The position numbers and the translations under genes are program-made. The notes under the pieces were generated by a model. That model was not told the DNA's origin. It ran no database searches and worked only from the letters and a program-made list of their open reading frames with translations. Positions 9,901-19,321 of a DNA stretch of 64,000 nucleotides are shown here, in pieces. The stretch comes from Candidatus Thorarchaeota archaeon (lineage in GTDB: Archaea; Asgardarchaeota; Thorarchaeia; Thorarchaeales; Thorarchaeaceae). Each line of letters begins with the position of its first letter. Position 1 is the first letter of the stretch. Location: positions 497,850-561,849 of the forward strand of contig CP070761.1 of assembly GCA_020348985.1 (NCBI GenBank), written 5' to 3'.

Positions 9901-10332
9901 GCTTTCTCTCTCAAGCGGCTCCAGCTCTCGTGCTCTGGCAACAGCCATCTCCAACAGACTTTTCGCTTTCTCTGTGGCTTGATCATGTTCTTCCATGTGA
10001 CACCATGATACATGCTCCCTAATGTTGACCATTTCAAACAAGTACCGATTGAGACCCGCGTCTTCAATCGTCTTTCTAAAGATTGGCTCATGCGTTCTTG
10101 GTGTGCAAGAGGCGACAATCACTCTGTTCAAGGAGTGGGTATCAATGCAATCGCGAATAAACTTCAGGCCATCAGACGAACATGTAAACATCATATGTTC
10201 GGCATTCGCAACGTTTGGCAGTGTCGCAGCATGCCGTGCTACTGCTTCGACGTCTACTGTTGCGGCAATGTTGAGTCCACAGTGACACACAAAAACGCCT
10301 ATCCTGGCGTCATCTACACTATCAGCTGCCAT
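6937..10332 (-). CDS. hdrA: Large HdrA-like flavo-FeS protein with inserted GltD/NfnB-like NAD(P)H oxidoreductase module (HdrL type)
   Basis: GVFVCHCGLNI, CTPRTHEP, NIREHVSW, GAGVAG and QCVGSRD; insert CRIACP..VCHHPCE..GAGPSG..GGGNVAIDCAR..GGDIVSGP; several ferredoxin CxxCxxC motifs. Confidence 0.9.
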   Translation of the reverse strand: MAADSVDDARIGVFVCHCGLNIAATVDVEAVARHAATLPNVANAEHMMFTCSSDGLKFIRDCIDTHSLNRVIVASCTPRTHEPIFRKTIEDAGLNRYLFEMVNIREHVSWCHMEEHDQATEKAKSLLEMAVARARELEPLERESILVIPEVAVIGAGVAGISAALDAANGGYRVHLIERRPTIGGQMALLDKVFPQNDCAICILGPIMASVEQHPKINLLTYSEVEDVDGYVGNFKLTVRKKARFIDSEKCNSCAECESVCPMDVTNPYEFKMAARKAIYRPFPQAVPNTYTIEKLGYSPCRIACPIHVNNHGFVALLREQKFIEALDIIRDAGPFPRILGRVCHHPCESDCLRGDQDEAVAIRQLRRFVADQVAEGEERPEPISPVQKKKIAVVGAGPSGLTCALELLKKGYPVTVFEASGEAGGLMINCLPEYRISEEVASYDIGWVLAHGIDIQYNTKIGKDLTLKELKKNFKAVYLGIGVQNPATLRVEGSDLKGVLYGLPFLKSIRAGKVPKEFGEKVIVIGGGNVAIDCARTAIRLGAKKVNLVCLETRDLKSKDRMPAHDWEIEEAEEEGVKIHGSLGPEKIVDRGGFASALETTVCTSVYKLDGTFAPEFSIESGPTLRGDTVIIAIGQRADLEGFEELATTPWGTIRVHEVSMETSTRGVFAGGDIVSGPASVVEAVAAGKEAAESIDRHLRGVDLFEGRPRELRPVTDPEIDDSRLRLGPRAAMPTLAKRKRKSTFEEVELGFKDIAAISEAGRCLGCSVCSECKLCVDVCEPKAIDHDMQDEIVEIDVGTIILATGFDSYEPLETREYGYSLFPNVITNAQLERLTNAAGPTKGKIKRPSDGATPKSIAFLQCVGSRDMRYNSDYCCYVGCENSLKQATQVKEKYPETEVTVFAMDVRTHGTGYEDLYRRAREMGVVIVKGRASEVEEDFPTSNLQIFAEDLYTGANLSLSFDMAVLATALHPHPDTPDMARMFGINTDQYGYFLCAHPKLRPVESFKDGVFLAGACLGPMDIAKAVAMGEAAAAKAQTIMAPGTYEIEPIYAESDAETCLSCELCTEICPYGAPSMSEDGIVIVKELCQGCGTCAASCPTHSISMRHFRSGQIIPMIRAAAGSLWEQKL

Positions 10333-10748
10333 AGAACTCCGTCCTTTTCTTGTATCTAAGTTCAGGAAAACAAGGAACTCGGAGGTTTTGAGGCCGCTTC
10401 CCAGGACCTAGCATTCACAGGAAGCTCAACACTGTATCTCCGGATTCTGGTCATCTTGGTTTGATAGGCAAAGTTGAACCTGTTACAGCTTGTAACTGAA
10501 ACATACCTAAGATATTAAGATAAACGGTTACACACTGAAATGTTTCAACATCGGTCATTGATGGATACACACATGTAACGAATCGGTCAATCTGAGAATT
10601 CGAAGTTTCAACTTCAGTCATGGAAAGCTGTCCTTTGTAGGGAACCGAACAAGGCGATTCTTCCATCGAAAAGCGGGATTATACTGAAGATGACTGGGTT
10701 TGAAAGTCCTAGAACAGCAAGCCGGCGGTTTTGATCAGTTTCCAGCCT

Positions 10749-10847
10749 ATGTCTCTTCCCATTGATCTAGTACCTTTTGCGATTCTGGGTGTGGGAATCC
10801 TAATCGTTGTCCTGGTGATTCTGTTCTTCAGAAAGCGTCAAAGCTAG
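10749..10847 (+). pseudogene. Remnant C-terminal membrane anchor (or 32-aa micro-protein)
   Basis: Reads MSLPIDLVPFAILGVGILIVVLVILFFRKRQS*; the same frame upstream has several stops (e.g. 10638, 10701, 10710). Confidence 0.5.
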
Positions 10848-11043
10848 GAGGCATCCCTGGTTGCGTGTGTCAACCATTGGCGCTCGAGCCAGCTCATCTA
10901 ATTGGCTGGATTAACCCAAAACCGGTTAACTTATTAATAAAGCGAAAGATAGAATAAGGTTGCCATAATTAGGTTAACTCTCGTGAGGTTAGGAGGTTCG
11001 AGATACGTTCCGCTCGCTTCGATATCCAACAAGCCAGCAAAAC

Positions 11044-11478
11044 ATGATCTGGCTTAGGCGTCGCCAGAAAGTGCGACCGTACGAACTGGCGAAAGAGCTG
11101 AAAGTATCTCGTCCTTTCATAAGCAAAGCACAGAGAATAGCGGAGCAACGAATCGAAAAGCTTCTACGACACGCGGCATCGATCAACAGAATTAGAATAC
11201 GAGACATCAGTACCAAGTACGGGCTAGTGTACGGCTATTGCCCTGCTTACGATACAGAGACCTATATCTTCTACTCACCCAAGATTGGCATTCAGACCTG
11301 GTACGCCCATAGAGGCGAATGCGGCAGCTGTGAACTGTTGAAACAGTGCGAAACCACACTGAAGCAGATAGCCGAGGAATGGGAAATCGAGGTTCCTGAA
11401 GCCACACCTCCGACCGACCTGTCTATTTACCTGTTCGACATCATCATGAGGAGAATGAAATGGGTAAAAGGGAAGTAG
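11044..11478 (+). CDS. Archaeal HTH protein with C-terminal His/Cys putative zinc site
   Basis: PYELAKELKVSRPFISKA helix-turn-helix; HRGECGSCELLKQC. The frame is open upstream to 10993. Confidence 0.7.
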   Translation: MIWLRRRQKVRPYELAKELKVSRPFISKAQRIAEQRIEKLLRHAASINRIRIRDISTKYGLVYGYCPAYDTETYIFYSPKIGIQTWYAHRGECGSCELLKQCETTLKQIAEEWEIEVPEATPPTDLSIYLFDIIMRRMKWVKGK

Positions 11479-12875
11479 ACCTCGGAACAGAAGCATGTCC
11501 GATTCCTCCGGATCCCAGTCGTCGGAGACGAGATCCTTGGAACTCAGGTACTATCATCATGAGCGTAAGCTTGTCTATGATGATTGTGTCCAATCTGTTC
11601 ATGATCATTGTCCCGCCAACGCTCATTCTTCCTCCAGCAGTCCTTCCTCCACCGCCACCTACAGGGAGCAATATGCTTCTCACAAAGACAGATGGCAGTG
11701 GGAACATCAACTGGTCCTACAGCTACGGTGGTTTGGGAAGTGATCGTGGGTTCACCGTTATACAAACCATTGACGATGGATTTGCGGTTGTTGGGTCAAC
11801 AGATAGCTTCGGCATGAATGCATACAGCATATGGCTGGTTCGTACGGACAGGAACGGGTATCTCATTTGGAACAGAACCCATGGAAGTCTAGAGAATCAG
11901 TATGGATACGACATTGTAGAACTAGCGGACGGTGGTTTCGCTATCACCGGAAGTGTGCAGACTCCTACGCAATCAACGGATGTCATCCTGATTCGAGTTG
12001 ACTTTCTTGGAAACAAGTTGTGGGAGAAAACGTTCGGCGGTCCGCTGTCAGATGTTGGTCATTCCATTGTGAGATGTATGGACGGAGGTCTCGCTATCGG
12101 AGCCGTGACTTCAAGCTATGGCGCTGGAAGTTCGGACATGTGGCTAATCCGTACGGATGCAAACGGCAATCTTCTGTGGGATAGGACGTATGGCTCCCCC
12201 GAAAGGGACTGGGCCAATTCCTTGATCAGACTTCGTGATGGAGGATTTGCATTTGTGGGCTACTCACAAAGCGGTGGACAAAATGATGCCTCCTTGATTC
12301 GACTCGATTCTCAAGGCAATCCAATGTGGAATGGATCCTATGGCGATTCGGAGTCGCAGAGAGGATGGACTGCCGCAGAATGCAGAGATGGCGGATTCGC
12401 GATCGTGGGTTCAGAAGGTGTAGGAGGCACCGAGGACGGATGGCTGGGCCGAACGGATTCGGACGGAGACATGTTGTGGAGCGTGACCTACGGCGGATTC
12501 GGTTCTGATGCCGGATACTCCGTCGTAGAGTGTGAGAATGGTGACTTCGTTATTGCCGGAAAAGACGCAGGCAACCTGTGGCTTGGTCGAACTAATGATG
12601 AAGGTGGCCTTGAATGGAGCATTGCATTTGACGGCATCCATTCTGGATTAGGGTTCCTTCTGACTGGATGTCGTGATGGAGGCTTTGCCTTCACTGGACG
12701 AATCTTGACTCGTGCCTCGATGAGCCGATCACTCGAAAAGCTGTCAGATTCGAGAAGTGCCGAAGTCGAGAACTCGATATTCGAATGTGACGTCATTCCT
12801 TGTTTTCGTTTCTTACAAAGAACGATTGTAGTCTTCCGAGAGTCGCAACCTGATTGTGCATTCAGTCAACAATAA
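11460..12875 (+). CDS. Membrane-anchored 7-bladed beta-propeller protein
   Basis: N-terminal TM helix and poly-Pro linker; seven ~50-aa repeats WLIRTD.NG...W..TYGG...D.G......DGGFAI.G. Confidence 0.8.
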   Translation: MGKREVDLGTEACPIPPDPSRRRRDPWNSGTIIMSVSLSMMIVSNLFMIIVPPTLILPPAVLPPPPPTGSNMLLTKTDGSGNINWSYSYGGLGSDRGFTVIQTIDDGFAVVGSTDSFGMNAYSIWLVRTDRNGYLIWNRTHGSLENQYGYDIVELADGGFAITGSVQTPTQSTDVILIRVDFLGNKLWEKTFGGPLSDVGHSIVRCMDGGLAIGAVTSSYGAGSSDMWLIRTDANGNLLWDRTYGSPERDWANSLIRLRDGGFAFVGYSQSGGQNDASLIRLDSQGNPMWNGSYGDSESQRGWTAAECRDGGFAIVGSEGVGGTEDGWLGRTDSDGDMLWSVTYGGFGSDAGYSVVECENGDFVIAGKDAGNLWLGRTNDEGGLEWSIAFDGIHSGLGFLLTGCRDGGFAFTGRILTRASMSRSLEKLSDSRSAEVENSIFECDVIPCFRFLQRTIVVFRESQPDCAFSQQ

Positions 12876-12887
12876 GGAGAGAGTGTA

Positions 12888-14132
12888 TTGAGAAGAAAGA
12901 GGATTGAGCAGGCGCTCATCATTATCTTTCTTCTATTTGCTCTTATCGCTGGGCAAGCAACAAGTGCAGAGCCCATAGAACATGGATTTACTTCAGTTGA
13001 CCATGGAGTCTGGATTCAAATGAATCCCGAGGTATCTCCTCCCAACAGAACTGACACCTATTTTGTCTATGACATAGAATCAGACGTGGCGATTCTGTTT
13101 GGTGGATGCATTGCCAGGGACTTACTAGAGACTTCTGCAGAGGTGTATGAAGACAGAACCCTAAACGACACTTGGGTGTATGATTTCAACTCTGACACTT
13201 GGACAGAAATGTCACCGACCATTTCACCGGGCCCTCGAGGCACGGCCTCCATGGCCTACGACACAGAGTCTGACAGAGTCGTCCTGTTCAGCGGAATTAG
13301 GCAGATAAACGAACCAATGTATCATGTCAATTGGCAAGAGACTTGGACATATGACTACAATAGCAACAATTGGACAAACATGGAACCTACGACAATGCCT
13401 CCGCCTCGAGGATTCAGCAGTATGGCGTATGATGTTGAATCAGACGTCATAATCCTCTTCGGTGGCGTTCTAAACGGTGGCGCACCTACTTCGGGCACAT
13501 GGGCATATGACCTCAACAATAACAACTGGACCAACATGCGTCCTTCTCCTCATCCCACATCGCGTTTCATTAGCGCGATGACCTACGATGTTGAATCCGA
13601 TAGGGTAATCCTGTTTGGTGGTGCTCAGGGTGGAATCAGTCCGCGGAAATACACAGACACATGGGCGTATGATTTCAATACTAACACGTGGACTAACATG
13701 AACCCGATTCCTAACCCTCCGTCCGAGCCTTATGACATGACATATGACGTGAACTCCGACCTCTGCATTTTCTTTGGTGGAACCACAGATGTCAACGACA
13801 GTGTTCCTTCAGATGAGACTTGGGCGTATGACTACAACTACAATACTTGGACTAACCTCAATGTGTCATCGAGACCTGGGGCCCGCGGTCGACCATACCT
13901 CACCTACGATGATGAGTCTGATAGGATACTCATGTACGGCGGATATGGTCCGGAACGGTACAATCAGATCTACAATGACACTTGGGCTTTTGACTTTCTA
14001 GGATTTCCCACGACCGCAATCACAACTGACCCTCCGCCTGTGGGTGGGATTGATCCTGCAATAGCAGCGGCCAGTGTAGCCATGGCGGCTGTCGTAACCA
14101 CTGCCTATGTTGTCTTTTCCAGAAAGCGATGA
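12888..14132 (+). CDS. Secreted Kelch-repeat protein with C-terminal TM anchor
   Basis: Signal peptide; six repeats MAYD.ESD.VILFGG...DTWAYD.N.N.WT.M; Thr/Pro linker, GGIDP, TM, RKR. Confidence 0.85.
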   Translation: MRRKRIEQALIIIFLLFALIAGQATSAEPIEHGFTSVDHGVWIQMNPEVSPPNRTDTYFVYDIESDVAILFGGCIARDLLETSAEVYEDRTLNDTWVYDFNSDTWTEMSPTISPGPRGTASMAYDTESDRVVLFSGIRQINEPMYHVNWQETWTYDYNSNNWTNMEPTTMPPPRGFSSMAYDVESDVIILFGGVLNGGAPTSGTWAYDLNNNNWTNMRPSPHPTSRFISAMTYDVESDRVILFGGAQGGISPRKYTDTWAYDFNTNTWTNMNPIPNPPSEPYDMTYDVNSDLCIFFGGTTDVNDSVPSDETWAYDYNYNTWTNLNVSSRPGARGRPYLTYDDESDRILMYGGYGPERYNQIYNDTWAFDFLGFPTTAITTDPPPVGGIDPAIAAASVAMAAVVTTAYVVFSRKR

Positions 14133-14176
14133 TCTCCTCTAGAGTTGGCTGAGCAATTCGAGAAAGAGGTGAAAAA

Positions 14177-15379
14177 ATGAAAAGAAGACTGATAGTGGCA
14201 GCCCTAATCGTACCGCTGCTCTTGTCATTAATGCCATATCCCGCATGCGTAGAGCCGGATTTCATAAGATTCGGATTTGTCGCTGTAGATAATGGTGTTT
14301 GGACCGAGATGAATCCAGCAGATTGCCCTGTGGCGAGGTTTGATTCCCCGCTCGTATATGATAGCGAGTCAGACAGGGTGATTATGTATGGTGGCCATCA
14401 AGGACGAGATATCGGCATGCTGAACGACACATGGGCATATGACTATGAAACCGACACTTGGACCGATATGTCCCCAACGATTGCGCCTTCTGCCCGAGCT
14501 TCCTATATGATGGCATACGATTCGGAATCAGATGTCGTCATTCTATTCGGTGGCCACATAAGAATAGACGAGACAATAGGTCATGTGTGCCACAACGATA
14601 CTTGGGCATATGACTATGATAGCAACACATGGACAAACATGAATCCTCCTTTGGCGCCTACGGCTCGTGTCTACAGCGCTGTGGCCTACGATTCTGAGTC
14701 AGACCGAATCATCATATTCGGAGGCATCCTTGAAGGTACAGTACTTGCATCAGACACCTGGGCCTATGACTACAACACAAATACTTGGGAGGAAATGGAC
14801 CCGTCAACCCAACCGTCCACGCGCTTTCATATGTCAGTGGCATACAACTCGGAAGCTGACCTCATCATACTGTTCGGGGGATCTAGACCGAGTCTTCAAA
14901 GAGATACCTGGTCGTATGACTACAACGCCGACAACTGGACCAGGCTAAGCCCAGATTCACGTCCAGTAGAACAGTCTGGGCACATGACCTACGATCCAGT
15001 GACAGACCAGTGCATTTTCTTTGGCGGTTATTTTGGGTCAGACGAAACGATCCTTAGCTCAGCTACCTGGGCCTATGACTACTCTACAAACAACTGGACT
15101 GTCTTGGAGACATCAGTGGCACCACTAAATCGGGCTCGTGCACCGATTGTATACGACGTAGACTCTGAAAGAGTCATTATGTTTGGAGGAATAGGTCCTG
15201 AAGAGGACTTTGCTCTCCTCTATAATGACACGTGGGCATTTGACGTTATTGAAGAGGTAACCACAACAACCACAACAACGCCGCCAGATGGAGGAATCGA
15301 TGTTACAATTGTTGTGCTCGCGGTTTTGGTGACTGTTGGGGTGCTGGCCGTCCTTGTAGTGTTCGTGAGAAGGAAATAG
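14177..15379 (+). CDS. Secreted Kelch-repeat protein with C-terminal TM anchor (tandem paralog)
   Basis: Same architecture as 12888..14132; poly-Thr, GGIDV, TM, RRK. Confidence 0.85.
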   Translation: MKRRLIVAALIVPLLLSLMPYPACVEPDFIRFGFVAVDNGVWTEMNPADCPVARFDSPLVYDSESDRVIMYGGHQGRDIGMLNDTWAYDYETDTWTDMSPTIAPSARASYMMAYDSESDVVILFGGHIRIDETIGHVCHNDTWAYDYDSNTWTNMNPPLAPTARVYSAVAYDSESDRIIIFGGILEGTVLASDTWAYDYNTNTWEEMDPSTQPSTRFHMSVAYNSEADLIILFGGSRPSLQRDTWSYDYNADNWTRLSPDSRPVEQSGHMTYDPVTDQCIFFGGYFGSDETILSSATWAYDYSTNNWTVLETSVAPLNRARAPIVYDVDSERVIMFGGIGPEEDFALLYNDTWAFDVIEEVTTTTTTTPPDGGIDVTIVVLAVLVTVGVLAVLVVFVRRK

Positions 15380-15501
15380 TGGGACGGATAGCTTGGCTGT
15401 AAGCTTAAGTGCAGACGCTGCATTGGACATGTGATGGAAGAACGTTCGTAGCTTCTGACAACGCGCGATCGTTCTTCCAGTGGGGAGAATTGGCTAGATT
15501 G

Positions 15502-15980
15502 ATGGATCGAACGAAAGTCCTCACAACATGTCCTCACTGCAGTTCAAAGTATGCCTATACAGTGGAACACATCGATGAGAATAATCGGGTCAACTGTCAG
15601 AATTGTGGCAGTGAAATCGAAGCAGAAGGACATGTTGTTGAATATGGTTCTCTAGAACGTCTACGCATGAAATCCCCGGAAGAGACCTTCTCATCTGGGT
15701 CGCCTTCCTAGTAATGAGTGTGTCACCGTTCTTCTTGTACGCAATCCTGATAATGCCAGGCCTATTGCTATGGTGGGTAATCCAACAATCAAGACAAGAA
15801 GACACTCCGTTGACCACCGTCTACACTAGCTCTCGACGAAGAGACCCAGATGATCAAGGAATAATCATGAAGTGCCCCAATTGTGAGTTATCATATCGAT
15901 ACTTCATGGATGCAGTTGATTCTGTGGACGGCTCGGCTAGATGTCAGAACTGTGGTGAAAGGATACAAAGCAAGAGTTGA
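15502..15980 (+). pseudogene. Zinc ribbon-TM-TM-zinc ribbon protein split by an apparent frameshift
   Basis: CPHC..CQNC in ORF 15502-15711 and CPNC..CQNC in ORF 15714-15980. The second frame is open from 15642 and encodes an extra TM segment (DLLIWVAFLVMSV). Confidence 0.65.
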
Positions 15981-15997
15981 CTTCAAGCCTTCCTTGC

Positions 15998-17140
15998 TCA
16001 CTCATTTGGCTGTATGACGGCTTTCAGAGACTTCTGAGACCCTTGAGTCTCAAGAGCTTTCTGCGCCTCATCTAGCATGAAGTGATGCGTCACGAGCTTT
16101 CTGAGTGGAAATCGGTCTACGTTGTCGGCGATTGTTCTGACTGCTTGGTAGACGTGCGTGGTCTCTGTTCCCCAAACAGTCCTGATATCAAGGTGCTTTC
16201 TATTCATGTAGTGGGGATTAACCTCTACTCCCCCACTGTCTGTATACTGACCACAGATTGTGTACGTCCCTCCCTCTCTTACCAACTCAATGCCTTCTGG
16301 AACAGCCAGTGCATTCCCCGTTGCTTCGTACACAATGTCAGGACCATGTCCTTCAGAGATGTCCCTGACGAGGTCTCTTCTCTCATCCAGCGAAGTCTCC
16401 TCGATGTTGAGCGTATGCGTTGCACCGAACTCCTCCGCGAACTTCAGACGCTCGATTGACCTGTCTATCGTAGTGATTGTGTTTGCCCCGTTGATCTTGG
16501 CAAGGATAGTAAGCATTAGCCCTACAGGACCTGCACCCTGAACTGCGACATTTGTACCCCATCTGAGAGGACTTCTTGTGACAGCATGGATTGCAGTTGG
16601 TAGGGCACATCCGGCAAAGATTGCATCATCAAAGGTCACATGCTCTGGAATCTTTATCATCTGAGTTCTAGGCTTCAGATACAAATACTCGCTATATCCC
16701 CCAATCAAATACGGCCACTTCGTCGAGTCTAGAGTTATTCCGTAAACAGATCTATGTGGGCACTTCGTCGGTGCTTTTGCGATGAGACAGTACCAACATG
16801 AGTAGCATGTGTCAACAACATCGTGGAAGGCGATTCGGTCTCCTTCTACAATCTCGTGTCCATTGAGGTCTCTTGTATCTCCGGGTCCAACCCTCTCCAC
16901 CGTCCCAACCACCTCATGACCAAGTATGAGTGGATAAGGGACACCGGATAACTTGCCGTGCCAGAGGTGAACATCAGTTCCACATACGCCGACATTTGAC
17001 ACCTTCATAAGGACGGCCCCATCAATGACTTCAGGTATTTTGAGTTCCTGGATCTCAAGAGGTGCATTGGGTTCCGGAAGAACTGCAGCCAGACTCTTGT
17101 CTGTCAAACACTCACTAACCTTTGAATTGCTTGGCGCCAA
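15998..17140 (-). CDS. Zinc-dependent medium-chain alcohol dehydrogenase
   Basis: GVCGTD, GHE, CYSCWYC..C structural zinc site, GAGPVG. Confidence 0.9.
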   Translation of the reverse strand: MAPSNSKVSECLTDKSLAAVLPEPNAPLEIQELKIPEVIDGAVLMKVSNVGVCGTDVHLWHGKLSGVPYPLILGHEVVGTVERVGPGDTRDLNGHEIVEGDRIAFHDVVDTCYSCWYCLIAKAPTKCPHRSVYGITLDSTKWPYLIGGYSEYLYLKPRTQMIKIPEHVTFDDAIFAGCALPTAIHAVTRSPLRWGTNVAVQGAGPVGLMLTILAKINGANTITTIDRSIERLKFAEEFGATHTLNIEETSLDERRDLVRDISEGHGPDIVYEATGNALAVPEGIELVREGGTYTICGQYTDSGGVEVNPHYMNRKHLDIRTVWGTETTHVYQAVRTIADNVDRFPLRKLVTHHFMLDEAQKALETQGSQKSLKAVIQPNE

Positions 17141-17203
17141 GGCCTAGAATCCAAGTGAAAAATGTACTTGCTTGACTAGACTCAGGCAATTTGCCTCAAG
17201 AGA

Positions 17204-17497
17204 TCATAGTTTGTCTCTGTCATCTCTTCTCATTCTTTCCGACTTACCACGAGCCGGATAGAACCCGGTAGATGACCCCATCATGTCCGGCTTTGGCCTT
17301 GCAAAGTCACTCTCATATTGTGTTTTCGACCTTGGTGTAAGTGGTTTATCGGAGTGAGAGGCAGCATAGCTGCGATGAACAACTTCAGACTCAACGACCT
17401 CGCCGACGCGACCCAAGACGTAGTAGTATATGAGCAATCCAATGAGACCAGCGACTCCACTCGCCATCACTAGAATGATATCGAGCAACTGGTTCAC
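17204..17497 (-). CDS. Small single-pass membrane protein
   Basis: N-terminal hydrophobic helix; GGAGGAG upstream of the GTG start. Confidence 0.55.
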   Translation of the reverse strand: MNQLLDIILVMASGVAGLIGLLIYYYVLGRVGEVVESEVVHRSYAASHSDKPLTPRSKTQYESDFARPKPDMMGSSTGFYPARGKSERMRRDDRDKL

Positions 17498-17637
17498 TAC
17501 TTCTCCTCCAAATGTAACATGCTACCGAAGGACTTAGCATTTTCGTTGGTTTAAGTTGTTGGGGATTGATGAAGGCAATTACTGATATCTATTAAAGGAG
17601 GATTCCTTATTCAAACTAGGAAGAAGGGGGAATCAGA

Positions 17638-18159
17638 CTGGACATCTGGCTTGTTGTAATCCTCATCCTCGATATATGTGTCATCGCCTTTGGACTATGG
17701 ATAGTGTGGCCTGGGATTATCGGAGCCCCCTGGCTACCTACACCAAGAAGTAAAGTACGAAGTATGCTTGAAATCGCTGGTGTCAACCAAAATGACATTG
17801 TATACGATCTAGGGTCTGGTGATGGACGCATCGTTGTGATGGCCGCAAAGGAGTTCGGTGCCCGGTCAATTGGCATAGAAGCAGACCCATTTCGAGCACG
17901 ATGGTCCCGATTTGCAATCAGACGTAGCAGAGTAGAGGAAAGAGCCAGGGTGATTGGAGGAAACTTCTTTGATATCAGCCTGTCAGATGCAACCGTAGTC
18001 ACACTTTATGGGGGATACAAGATCAACATGCGGATTGGTGAGAAACTGGCTAGTGAACTTCGCGCTGGCACACGTGTAGTCTCATACCGTTTCTTTATCG
18101 AAGGTTGGACACCAGCCAAGACGGATGAGGATTCTTCGATCTACTTGTACGTGGCTTGA
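17638..18159 (+). CDS. Membrane-anchored class I SAM methyltransferase (FAM173/aKMT-like)
   Basis: GAPWLPTP, YDLGSGDGR, GIE, VVSYRF. The frame extends upstream through a TM helix to a CTG at 17638. Confidence 0.8.
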   Translation: MDIWLVVILILDICVIAFGLWIVWPGIIGAPWLPTPRSKVRSMLEIAGVNQNDIVYDLGSGDGRIVVMAAKEFGARSIGIEADPFRARWSRFAIRRSRVEERARVIGGNFFDISLSDATVVTLYGGYKINMRIGEKLASELRAGTRVVSYRFFIEGWTPAKTDEDSSIYLYVA

Positions 18160-18241
18160 CATTATTGCTGGGAATGATCTCCCGAGGCAAGATTCTCTAC
18201 TAATCTCACGAGTTTCAAACCACTGTTTTGATTGCTTTTAG

Positions 18242-19318
18242 CTAATCTACCTCATCATGTCGATGGCAAGCGACAAGGTGGCCTCTTTCCACTTCACGCA
18301 GATAGGGTCTCTCAGTTAGACAAACAGACTCTGTGTGGGGACACCTGGGATGAAACGCACAGCCCATCGGCACTTTTCGGAGGTCAGGAGGTGCTCCAGG
18401 TATTCCCCGCAACCTACGCCGTTTGGATCCAGCAGATTTCCTGATCATTGCTATCGTTGGAAATGAGTCCATCAGACCCTTTGTGTAGGGATGACTCGGC
18501 TCATGGAACATCTGGACTGATTCGCCTACCTCCACAAGTCGACCAGCATACATTACACCGACTCGGTCAGACATTTCCGCAATGACTCCCGCATCGTGTG
18601 AGACAATCATCAGGGCAACCGCGAAGTCTTCCTTGACCATCTTCAGGACGTTCATGATCTGGGCCTGAACTGTAACATCGAGAGCGCTAGTAGGCTCATC
18701 TGCTATCACTAGGTATGGCCCAGAAACAAGAGATATTGCGATTAGAATTCTCTGCGCTTCCCCTCCAGAGAAAAGAGATGGGTCCTGAAAGTATCTTTCC
18801 CTTGCAGCGGCAAGATTGACAAGGTCTAGGCAGTCCAGGACACGTTCACGCATGGCGGCTCTTCGAATATCACTCTCGTGTATCTCTAGGGGTTCTGCTG
18901 TCTGATCTCCGATACTGAAAATCGGAGTCAGTGCGCCGTGTAGGCCTTGAGGGACGAAGGAAATGTGACTTCCCAGAAAGACAGCACGTTCTCTAGCGGA
19001 CAGGGCAAGGAGATCAGTTCCTCTGTAAAACACACTTCCAGTCACCGTCTTGTTCCAAACCTCTTGGCTGAAGGAATCCAGTTGAAAAGGGGACAATGCA
19101 CCTTGCTCAACTTTGGCGTCTTTGTATTTGTGAGCAATCTGGAAGAAGCCTAGTGCAGCTAGGATTAGAGAGGTCTTGCCACATCCAGACTCGCCGAGTA
19201 GTCCGAAGCATTCCTTCTCGTCTATTGTAAGGGAAACGTCATCAACTGTCACAATCTTTCCTTTGCTGCTTGGGATATGTGCACTGAGATTCTTGATCTC
19301 TAACAGAGGGGGAGGCAA
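18242..19318 (-). CDS. Oligopeptide/dipeptide ABC transporter ATP-binding protein (OppD/DppD-like)
   Basis: GESGCGKT, FSGGE, IADEPTSALD, HPYT and C-terminal CAFHPRC..C..ACH. Confidence 0.9.
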   Translation of the reverse strand: MPPPLLEIKNLSAHIPSSKGKIVTVDDVSLTIDEKECFGLLGESGCGKTSLILAALGFFQIAHKYKDAKVEQGALSPFQLDSFSQEVWNKTVTGSVFYRGTDLLALSARERAVFLGSHISFVPQGLHGALTPIFSIGDQTAEPLEIHESDIRRAAMRERVLDCLDLVNLAAARERYFQDPSLFSGGEAQRILIAISLVSGPYLVIADEPTSALDVTVQAQIMNVLKMVKEDFAVALMIVSHDAGVIAEMSDRVGVMYAGRLVEVGESVQMFHEPSHPYTKGLMDSFPTIAMIRKSAGSKRRRLRGIPGAPPDLRKVPMGCAFHPRCPHTESVCLTERPYLREVERGHLVACHRHDEVD

Positions 19319-19321
19319 AGA

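Noticed and set aside
6937-10332. Selenocysteine in HdrA
   Set aside because: No in-frame TGA; the DCAIC motif uses Cys codons.
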